This document shows, in pieces, positions 24,575 through 34,879 of a stretch of DNA of 64,000 bases (positions within the stretch are counted from its first letter, which is position 1; each line of letters opens with the position of its first letter). This DNA is from Spongospora subterranea f. sp. subterranea (taxonomy: Eukaryota), in contig JAUGWO010000012.1 in the NCBI GenBank assembly GCA_049724395.1, positions 124,001 through 188,000 of the forward strand, written 5' to 3'. A program made the translations under genes and the position numbers. The notes under the pieces are model-generated. The model saw nothing but the letters and a program-made list of their open reading frames with translations. It had not been told where the DNA came from and ran no database searches.

Positions 24575-24989
24575 TCATCGTTTGGGCTGTTGTTGTTGCT
24601 GTTGGTGGTGGTGGTGCAGATTTACATAATGCTGATCTCTGAAGCTCTGGAAATCCACCTATGTTGGATTGATCATATTATTAGGGCGATTGTGTCTGGG
24701 CCATCCTCAAAAAATTTCAAAAACATACCCTGAGTTTGCTGTTGGCAATATCTAACACATTGATGGCGTTGTCGATGTCAACTTGTAAGTAGCAGGAATC
24801 GTTCCTTGAACCGCTATAGATGTCATCGGCCTGAGAAAACGCACCGAGTCCGGATTCAGAAAAATGGTAAAATCCGATGGAAGGTTGTGAACCAACGTGA
24901 GAGAAGAGATGGATATGTGATCGGAAGAGCGAGACCGCTGGAAACAAAGCGGCACATAATAATATAATTAATAATGAGTTGGATATCAT
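24575..24989 (-). CDS. Small putatively secreted protein with a His/Gln-rich tail, 2 exons
   Basis: MISNSLLIILLCAALFPAVS signal-like start; phase-0 intron; ends VNLHHHHQQQQQQPKR*. Confidence 0.45.
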
Positions 24990-26030
24990 CAAATAAAGAG
25001 GGTTTGAGGTCATCCGGCTTGACCCGCTGAGGATCATCAGACGCCACGACCTAATCAACTGGATTAATACGGCCATAGGTAATCCGGCTGATAGACTTGG
25101 GACGGCGCGCAGACCAGAGGCGACGAATTGTCGCCCAATCTTAACCAGATTGGCTGTATTTGCCGAGCGATTCGGCTGATATTTCCGTGGGGCAATTGCC
25201 AACGGCGGAATTGGGAACATGTAATGGATACAATATCGATATGGAGAGACAGACTGGGACTGCCAACACTCTGCCAACACAAGGAATCGGTCAATAACAT
25301 GTGGATCATGAACCTGAAACAATCTCTGCGCTGGGGGCACTTTCACCACGAAATTGCGAGGCCTTTCTTGCCGGGTAACCCAGTTGTAGGGTTCGCCATG
25401 TGCGCTTGGGCGCGTTTTCTCGATGAAGAAATGTGTATGTGTTTGGAGATGACGAATACAAGCGTCATTGGTATACATATATTCAAGATATGGGCATTAC
25501 CCAATCCAGCACTAATCGGACTTGAACGGAATACTCGTTTGTGAATTCACAATCACCAAAAAGTCAACGCCTTTCCCAGAGAAGCGGGTTTCGAGGTTTT
25601 TTAGATTTGTAGCGACGAACTCTCACGCTAGGTCTGTAATTATGAATAAAAGCAGATCTCTTTAACCTCTATTGAACGTTGCAGCAGATACAGTAGTATT
25701 TTTGCTTGATGCCCGTCCACATGAAAATGAACAGACCCATGGTGGATTCGCTACGTAGACAAAGTTCGGAACACGAGATCCCATCATGAGCGAAGCGACA
25801 TGCGATATACGGTGCGATTGTGCTGTCGGTCGTCGTCCTTCACCCTCTTTGAAAATATCCAGTTCCCAGTTCCGGTTCCAACGCCCAACGGTGTTCGGGT
25901 CCTAAGATACACTCTGGGCAGTGGGAGTTGCCGGAGGCTCCGTCCAACGTTGGGGAACACCATCTCTCTACCACACGATACACATGTCCAATAATTAGGT
26001 TATCGTGTCGCGTTGGAATCCCCCCCCCAG

Positions 26031-29000
26031 ATGGAGATGAGGTGGAGGGGATTCAGTCTGAGGAGGCTCCTGTCGGTCGGGAATCAGTCGGACGGGAACG
26101 TGGCAGTGGAAACTGGAGGAGCGTCGCTGGTGAGATTACTGTCCCAATCGAACGCGACATCATCTGAGAACGAGCTGTTGCTCGACATGGACTACCATCT
26201 GGCCACCAATCTCCATACCGTCGCCGTACCCATCTCCGATACCGAAAATCAAGTCGTCAGATTCGGATATGAATGTGCGTTTCCTGAGGATGTCTTCTGG
26301 CACGTACGTATATTTCAGCTTTTTTTTCCTGGTTTCGTCATCATTTCGGTTTGTTTTTGTTTTTGCCGCAGGTTTTTATATTTCCGTTGATTCCTGACTT
26401 TTTCTGCCAGATTTTCTCATTTTTAAGCATTGCCGAATTGGTCAATGTTGCTCTAGTAAGATCGAACTGGCGCGATGCAGTTTATTCCCCTTACATGTGG
26501 AATCATCTAGATCTGTACAATTTTCGATTCAAAGGTGTGCCCAAAATTTTGCACCAGGGCCAAACGGTATCCTGACTCCTGAATAGTCTCAGGCTCATTG
26601 CTCAATGACATGATTTCGAGCAGCAGGTTCAGAAACATTACAGTACTGCGGTTAGATGAGTGCCTAGCGTTGGATATTTCTTGCCTTCGTCTCATATCAA
26701 TCGCGTGTTTTTCATTGAGAGAGTTAAGCACGTTTCGATGCCGTCAATTCCGGTTGGAAAGACCGCCAAATTTCAAACTTGTAAAAAACTTTGTCTTCGA
26801 CATGACGAGACTGAGGAAACTTGAGTTGTATGGTTGTTGTTCCTCAAATGCTGTGGATATGATCGTTAAAACTTTATTGCAAATCAACCCAACTATCAAT
26901 CTGGTAGGGAACGGTCTTGTTGACATAGTTGGTGGCTGATGTGGTATTTTTAGGGATTGTTGCAGCTACAGTGGTCAACAGTGACAGGGCTTGATACCAA
27001 TGGAACACCTTTTCCCTGCAGACTTGCTGCTGGATCCAATTTTCATGCGAGAGCATGCTGGGGACCAATATCTGGACACATCGTTTTCAGGTCATCTAGA
27101 AGCGTTGAAAATGTGTTGATTACCAATTGTAGTTGTTTAGCGCTTTACAACGAAATATACATGGAAATATACCGTCCATTGTATTATATTCGTGTGTTGC
27201 CCATTCAGATATCAATGACGACATCAATGCCGGTATGTTTGCAACGATAGGAAGTGCCTTCACCCAAAATGACCCCCTACAGGTACGTTGGGCCAGTGCA
27301 ACATTTGCGCCCGCATGTTTCTTCCAGATTCGATGACGGATGGTTTTTTGTGCCGAAATTGTCATGATAGAAAAGTGTTGCGAGACGCACGTAATTGGAC
27401 CAAACTTGACGCGGATGCTATCGGGACGTTCATCGCTGACACTGACAGAGAGACTGCAAAGGTATTTTTTTACCATGTTTTATTTTTCGTTCTGAATATC
27501 AGCAGTTCTATGACGTAAGGAGTCTGCCTAGAACTTTAGTACCCATTAGAGCGACCGGGCTACTTGAGTCGTTTTCTCTTGCCAAATCCCGTAAATTTCG
27601 CAGGTATTTTTCATAATTTTGTTTTTTTGTTTTTTTTTCTGTAAAACAATGGTTAATAGGGCATTAGTTGTGAGCGTTAATAACGAGGTGATGGTTTACG
27701 CAGACGATGATTTTATCATCAAGGGAGTAAATGGTCAGGTAGAGCTTTACAGTATTATGGATCAATTCGATCACATTCAAGTTGAATTATATACGTATTT
27801 CTGTTTAGGTCTGTCGTGATACTTGCCTCGTGATTTGGAGACATGCCTTCAGCATCGTGTACCCGATTTTTTTATGCACTATCATTATTGCTTTTTTTTT
27901 CTCGAACACTCAACAGTATGCCCGATATTTGATGCTCTTAATATCACGATATTGATTATTGTTTTCAAGGAATTGTAGCCTCAGTGCCACCAACTTCTGC
28001 TGCCGTGGCGATATCAAAATCTCGCGATGAATCTCTTCAAACTCAAGAGCTTTTAATTTTCGCGATATTCATTTGTGCACTATTTTGCATCGTCAATGTA
28101 TGCCTTAGGAGGTTCAGGTACACAAATCAGTTAAAATCGTTTTTCATGGGCTTTACGACATTCATGATTAGGGAACAGTGCTTAAACATATTTCGTCGCA
28201 TTCTTGTGATAGATTTCTTCATGGTTTCTCTCTTTGGTGGTTTGATATCATGCGGTTTGATATTTGAAAGTCTCGGTATCGTCAATGATGTTGCATCTTC
28301 GTGGATCCTTGTCGTCAATTTTTCGGTTATCGTCATAATTGGCTTGTATTTCAGAGGAATTCCTCCGCGGCTTCGCCGTTTCAGCATGGTTAGCCAAAGG
28401 ATTTTGTAAAGAACCATATATTGATGAGTGCTAAACAGTTTATGTTGAACATCATGATGGCGATTGTAATGCTTCTAACTCTCCATCCAAGTATAATCGT
28501 GATTCTACTTGCGATTCCCATATTCTTTGATTTATATGCACAATTTTCTCGTCAAGGCAACATTATTATTCCACTTTTTCTCTACCGGCGGTCAGAGGAC
28601 CATCCTGAAGGTCCCGATCTTGAATTACATAATCCATTGATGCATCTGGACCCAGGTTAAACTTGTGTTGCTAGCTTCTAACTGATATCATCATGCTGAT
28701 ATCATGTTGTTTCAGCTGACGACAATCGACATATCGATCCACTTCATGATAGACCTGTTCTTTCGCGCCCTCATCAGTGGACTCCATCTCTCTCTTATCA
28801 AGTACGCTCATTGTTATATTATTCAATTGTTGTTAACGAATTTTAGGTAGAGGATCTCGAAATGCGATTATTCGACTTCTTATGGTATGGTGCTTTGCTT
28901 TCCTTCCCCGAACCAACTATCAGTGGCCTTTCAATCGCGATCATTAGCGTGCTTTTTGTTTTCGTTAGCACGGTTATGATCTGTCCGTTTTTTCCAACTT

Positions 29001-29114
29001 GATATCAAGCCTTTGCCCCTCGCATTTCTTCTAATTATTTCTATGGAGGCACTGAGGGTTGTTCTCATTGATGTTTCTCTTGAACGTATAATTGTATCCA
29101 CCCTTAATCTATAG
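26031..29114 (+). CDS. F-box + LRR + Cys-rich region fused to a divergent presenilin-like (GxGD/A22-type) membrane domain; ~14 exons; needs one 1-nt indel near the T9 run at 27892-27900
   Basis: F-box FPEDVFWH|IFSFLSIAELVNVALVRSNWRDAV..MW; LRRs ITVLRLDEC, LRELSTFRC, LRKLELYGC; CNIC..CRNC; presenilin-like TM1 RHAFSIVYPIFLC, VVNFSVIVIIGLY..PPRLRR, LLAIPIFFDL, MRLFDFLWYGALL, KPLPLAF. Confidence 0.8.
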
Positions 29115-29217
29115 CATACATTCAAACTTTTATTCATGACAATGGTCGATCGATATACTAATAACTGGAGCCCTCGTGAAAAGAGAGTACACTTAACGTG
29201 CCCCTGCCTTGCCAGTT

Positions 29218-29840
29218 TCACTTGCTCAGTTTTTGAACCTTTTTATATACGTGCACTGGCGATGCCGTCCTTGTGATCTGATATAGTATTGTAAAAGGGT
29301 TGGTCGATACTTCAGACCAATATACCTGTGAAATATCCATGATTGGTCCACCGAGATATGGAATCGATGGGTTTGTGCCTAGCCCTTTTAGGATCCGTTC
29401 TCTCCCTGCGAGACCAAGGCCATGCCTGTGACACCATTTCTATGTTAGATTATGCACGTAATAAATGCCAAGGACTTGCCCTTTCTTATCGAACCGATGA
29501 CGATGTATTCCGGTATAAAATTTCGGATCTGTCATCTTTTCAAAGGCTGGTGTTGACCGAGCATTACCCGTTCTCGACATCCCTTTTTTCTCATCATTTT
29601 CCTCATCAGCTGTTAAGAACATGGACGGCACGAAATCCCTTTCTAGTCTATTCTGTTTTCCTAGACCATGACTAAAAACCACTGTTGATATCATATTTCT
29701 GGCAGTGCCTTCCCGAGAAGCCATTACCCGCTGCTGTCGAACCGATGTTTATGGAAACCGGTATAAAGATTAGGGTCTGTCATCCTGGCCAGAACTTCGT
29801 CCTTGTCCGGAACTACCTTCTTTTTTCTCTCATTGCCCAT
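29218..29840 (-). CDS. Protein with two tandem partial p25-alpha (TPPP/apicortin-type) motifs, 4 exons
   Basis: RMTDPNLYTGFHKHRFDSSG|HGLGKQNR and KMTDPKFYTGIHRHRFDKKG|HGLGLAGRE match LTD...YTG.HK.RFD..G.G.G..GR. Confidence 0.85.
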
Positions 29841-29976
29841 AGAATTTCGTAGAACCGACATGAAACATGATCCTCTTGGTGTATTTGATTAAGGCACGCG
29901 CCAGGATTGCGAGAACTGCCAGAAGAAAGGCGGTTTGTACCTTGTTGCCCATGTATTTTTATGTACGATATGTTGT

Positions 29977-31875
29977 TTATTTATGACTCTTTTTCATTAC
30001 TAGGTATATTAACCATTAACCGTCTGCCTATGGCTAAAAACCTTTTTTCTTTGATCGCAATGGCGAGGAAAATATTGGAGATGGAAACAAGCCCAACACA
30101 TATGTGTAATATAAACGAGTTGAACGAAGGTTTAGATATTACCTAGAAAGCAAATTGACCTATGGGAAACGCGATAAGATCATGAACTGTTATACCTGGA
30201 AAGTGCTGCGTGAAATATGTAATACCACTGACGAAATAATCATTGACAATATGACAACTGGGTGAGGCAGGGCCGATGACACCAGGGATTTGAAGGAGAC
30301 TCGAAGATAAGTATGAATAAAGTGTAAGCTGTATGCGATACGAGCAACCATTGATAGAGAGTTTGAGAGAATTAAACCAGCAGCACCAAAAGGAACAACT
30401 AGTACCGACAGCAATACATACAGCACTACAATCTCTCAGAGCAATCAAGCAACTTATCTTTGATTCTTACGCGAAAAAGGAATCAGTATGATACTGTACA
30501 CTCTCAAACCCTTTTCAGAAATGACGGAAAACATGAACGCCTCCGTCACGCCATTGATGGCCAAAAGAAAAATATAAACGCAATAGAGAGAGAGAATCTC
30601 AGGCGCCTGACTGTTCTGGCTCCATGTATGGCCGTATAACATGTGTAAGACCAGAAACGAATATGCGGGACCAAAGGCAAGCCCAAGCGCTCCAATCATC
30701 ATCATCAGCTTGAGTAAGAATTGTAAATCTTCCTGTAATGAAGACTTTGAGCTCGACATCTGAAACGGCATTCGGTCATCAAAAAATGTTAAGGAAAACA
30801 TGAAAAACTACGCAGAAAAAAATGTTCTCCCGACGTTTAATGAAGAATCACACGTTAAAGCATCCAAAACGAAAGCACCTTTGAAAAATGCAGAGATGCA
30901 ACTTCTTCGATTGGTTGAAACAAAAACCGTGCAACGAGAGATCCCAGATTCTGGACGACGCCATAAACTCCTATCATAACCAGGTGAGGAGAAAACCATA
31001 TAGTTTGTGATCGTTTACCTTGAGCATATGGATCTTGACGAACAGCGACCAGCGCTATCTTCTCACCCTCCGTCAGAAGATACTTTTCAATTGATTGGAA
31101 AGTAAACATCATTCCAAGACCTGACATGGTTTTGTCAATCCATGTCCCATCCGGGAATCTACCCGGAAGCGACATCGTAGAGCGTCGATAAAACGCGTCT
31201 GCTGCGTATATGAGCAGCTTCCCGGACGAAAATATAATTTGAGCATACGCATAAGCAATAAGACCCATTGAAAAAGGAGGAACAATCAAAATGCAAGTTA
31301 TCACAATGCGAACGACGGCGCAAAATGATTCGATTGCAACACGGGCGGCAATGCGAGATTCTATGGAAGCGGATATATAGAACGGCTCAGATATCATATC
31401 TACAACGAGCGCAACCGAATAAATTGATAGGCATGAGATTAATTGTGGAGATACGTCGGTCGATTTAGCATAGAGTAATGAGAAGGTGATCACAACAGAA
31501 ACGGGCATTGATATTAACCAGGACGCGTTAATGCAGGATTGGGTATGATGGGAGTCATTCCCACGAATGGCGATGCGACGCAACGGTTCCCGCGATATAA
31601 ACAGCACCTACAGAAAATTGGATGTTTCAATCTTTTCATTTGTTCAAGCGCACGAATGAAGAAGTTGTTAAATCACTCAAATGACCATAAATCGAATGTC
31701 ATCAGATACGTCGTCAATATTTTTATATTCGTACTGTTGAGTCCAGCAAAGCGAGCATCATCGTGGCGCCATACTGTTCCACAGACAGTGTCCGGGTGAT
31801 GACCACGTTGAGGATGAAGGTCAGCGACCGCGACAGGACCTGTTGTCCCAGTAATAAAGACAGCCATTTCAGCAT
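29977..31875 (-). CDS. RFT1: RFT1 (Man5GlcNAc2-PP-dolichol translocation protein), multi-exon; 3' end approximate
   Basis: QQVLSRSLTFILN; LFISREPLR; QSIEKYLLTEGEK; QGVYGVVQNLGSLVARFLFQPIEE; YCVYIFLLAINGVTEAF; GAAGLILSN..M..RIAYS. Confidence 0.95.
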
Positions 31876-31930
31876 GATGGCGGTGTCGTCACTTCCCAAC
31901 GTGTTCAATAGCGGTCTGATGGTAATATAG

Positions 31931-32024
31931 ATATCCCTTATGACCTTTACCATACGTGTACAATACCATACACAGACATATCCCTTATGACCTTTACCAT
32001 ACGTGTATAATACCAATACGCACT
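31931..32024. repeat. 47-bp direct duplication upstream of RFT1
   Basis: atatcccttatgacctttaccatacgtgta.aatacca starts at 31931 and 31978. Confidence 0.85.
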
Positions 32025-32189
32025 TTGTTTTTCTTTTCAAAAATATTCGTGGTGTAATTGTCATCGCATTTTTATGTAGACTTCAATAACAACAGAAGGT
32101 TTGGTGTCTGATTAACTTGATTGGTGTGTTGTTTATCATTGGGCTAATACAGATCAAAGGGGTTCTCATGGCTGGCTGGTCTCATAAAA

Positions 32190-33925
32190 TTAAAAAATAG
32201 TTTGAATTGCCAACAAGTTAATCGGATCATGGACCCTGTAGGCCACATGGTTTATTGTTTTGGGTTGTTGACACGCCATAAATGCTGTCAGGTTTCTGTG
32301 GATTGCGTCTGCCGTCGGTAGATAAGCTGCTCTGAACTTGTTGCTGAAAGACTCGTGGATGGTGCATATAGATTTGTTCAACGGCGTGTCCAGGCCTAGT
32401 TTCATGCCCTTCGATGTTATGTCGGGAACGATGACCACATTAAAAAAACCTCCTTTCCGAATGGTACTCGACCCACTGACACGTAGTTTGACATTCAATA
32501 GTGGATGAAGATTGATTCACAATACCCGCAAATACAGTTTCAAATATTGATTAATGGTGCGATAGTCTGGAATCAAAATAATTGAGTTGGTATTGGCTGG
32601 GGCGGAATGTTACTGAACACGACAAGTTGCTGCGTTGGTTTCGGCCAACACCATTGCGATTTTTCAAAACGACAAAGGGCTTTAAATTCCCAATCGCACT
32701 GACAATACCCGGAAGTGTATTTTGTCCACGCGTGGACAGTCCACCCAAAAATAAGTGCCCCAGTGGACGCACTAAGTTATATACACTCTTTATTAGTTAC
32801 ACGCGGCGCAGCACAGTACAGTGGACTCCGATGGAGTGACCTCCTTTAATTCATTATTTAGACGATTGATTTGATGTAAGCCTCCAACTGGCGTGATCAA
32901 CGCATCATCGATGATATGGTTGTGATCCATGCATCTGTGATTGATGACATAGTCCCCTGCCTTTCGATTGAATGTCAGATTGACATACCAACTGCAAGTG
33001 GACTTCAGTCGTTTCTCTTTCGGTGTTTCTTGATCCCTAAAGTTGCAGTAGATTTTGACAAAACGACTCCACATGTCAATCGAATCCGAAGTGTTGGCGG
33101 TGAACAGCCATTTCTTATCCCTTGATATATTTGTTCAACATGCACGCGAGTTCGCTCTTGCTAACGGGTTTGCGTTTGGGTGTAATTCGCACCCTGTTTC
33201 GCTGCTTAGCCTCCTTCGTTTCCAGATTCGTCGTCGCATGTAACTCGCATCCATTTTCGGTGCTTAATCCCCATCCAATACAAGGAGCTGGATCCAAACA
33301 TTGGTCGCCAAATCTACTGCAACTTCAGGGATTAAGAAATACCGAACGAGAAACGACTGAAGTCCACTTGCAGTTGGTATGTCAATCTGACATTCGATCG
33401 AAAGGCAGGGGACTATGTCGTCAATCACAGATTCATGGATCACAACCATATCATCGATGATGCGTTGATCACGCCAGTTGGAAGCTTATATCAAATTAAT
33501 CTTTTATCGAACTTGAAAACTGAAGAGCGTGAGATGATTCACCTGCTATCGCGATAAAATTTGCCACTAAGCAAGGTTTCAAATATTTTTCCTCGGCAAT
33601 GCCCTTGGCGTCGCTGAATGCGGTGTTTTTTAGATTGGAGATATGCTGGAGGGTTCGAACCCTGGCCGGACATATTCAACGTCACTTTTATCGCGACAAG
33701 TTCGTAGCCGGAAAGAAGGCAGGATACGCTGTCCGAGAAAATGGTGGTTTGTTTTGCTACTCTATGGACATGTCGCAAACGCGTGGACAAAAGACACTTC
33801 CGGACAATACCGGGTCTTGACTTGTTTCCATTGCCACTGCAACCAATGGGACCTTAGGTTTGGCTTTTGGAGAAGGATTCGAATGTAGCCAAACAGGACC
33901 GATTGGATTCAACAGGTAGCACAAC
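32190..33925. mobile_element. Two decayed Mutator/MULE (FAR1-like) transposase copies in inverted orientation
   Basis: FLSLDIFVQHAREFALANGFAF; IYC..STCSWYVNL..DYVIN..MDHNH (FAR1/WRKY-GCM1-like zinc finger) on both strands; VIVPD..KGM..SICTIH; stops and frameshifts. Confidence 0.7.
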
Positions 33926-33929
33926 CTGA

Positions 33930-34460
33930 CCAGCTGCATTGCGAGTGAGGAACATGGCAACACGGTGAGGAAACCGTAGGCGAAATGGGGTCTGAGGGAG
34001 TGGATGGCCATGGCGAGATGAAGTTGTTGAATGCGTTGGTGAGGTCAAGGAGAATGTATGAACCTTCAAGGATGCATCGCGGTACACTTGTTCATGAGCT
34101 TGCCAAACAATCTGCCCGATTCGGCCTGGGGTTGCCGACAAAGGGATGACGTTCGCCGTCAAATGGTCCAGGTGAGCAAGAGACTCTGAGCACATCCCAG
34201 ACGCCATGCCCTGGTTAGATACGCCCAATCGCTGTCGGCCGGCCAGATTCTTGCTCGCCTGGCCAGTCTTGATAGCGACATCCTTTACTCTGTCGGCACC
34301 AACTGGCGGAATCGAGCCCACTGTATGGTAACCACATGATCAAGTGTACCGCGATGCTTCCCCGAAGGCTCATACATTCTCCTCGATCTCACCAACGCAT
34401 TCAACACTGTAAACCGCCGTCATCTCGTCATGGTTTCCCTCCCACAGACCCCACCTCTTT
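33930..34460. mobile_element. Non-LTR retrotransposon reverse-transcriptase remnant (CRE-like), with an inverted partial copy
   Basis: YILLDLTNAFNTVNRRHL on + (~34370-34425), its diverged inverted copy at ~33985-34097, and QRLGVS..G.CSESLAH on -. Confidence 0.55.
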
Positions 34461-34879
34461 CGCTGCTGCACAAAGCAGTCGGCGAGGTCGGCCACGAGCT
34501 TTCTTCGTCGCAACGCGTTGGTCAAGTTGACCCGCTTGATCCTCTCATCTTCTCTTACTGCTACAGCGTCCGTCTCTCGCGTCCAATCGAAGCCCTTCCA
34601 GCCGCTCAAAGTCGAGAAATGGGGTAACTAGAGTTCTAGACGATACCATTGTCTTCCTCCCTTCCATCTGCCACTCACAGGCGCCCTCAAATCCCACGAC
34701 GTCTCCGCCCAACCGCGTCCAGACTCATCCTCTCTCATCCTTACTCATCTCACGCGTTCCTTGGACGGCGATGGGCTTTCGGCTGAGGGGGCCGTGTCAC
34801 TGGTGGTCTTCTTGAGGGTTATCGTGCCCTCGCTGGTGGTCCCGGCCCCGAACTGGCAGCCAAGATTATCGCCACCCGT

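Noticed and set aside
25060..25544. Upstream part of the 253-aa ORF and overlapping ORFs as a gene or hAT remnant
   Set aside because: No convincing motif; only the signal-peptide-bearing 3' part looks gene-like
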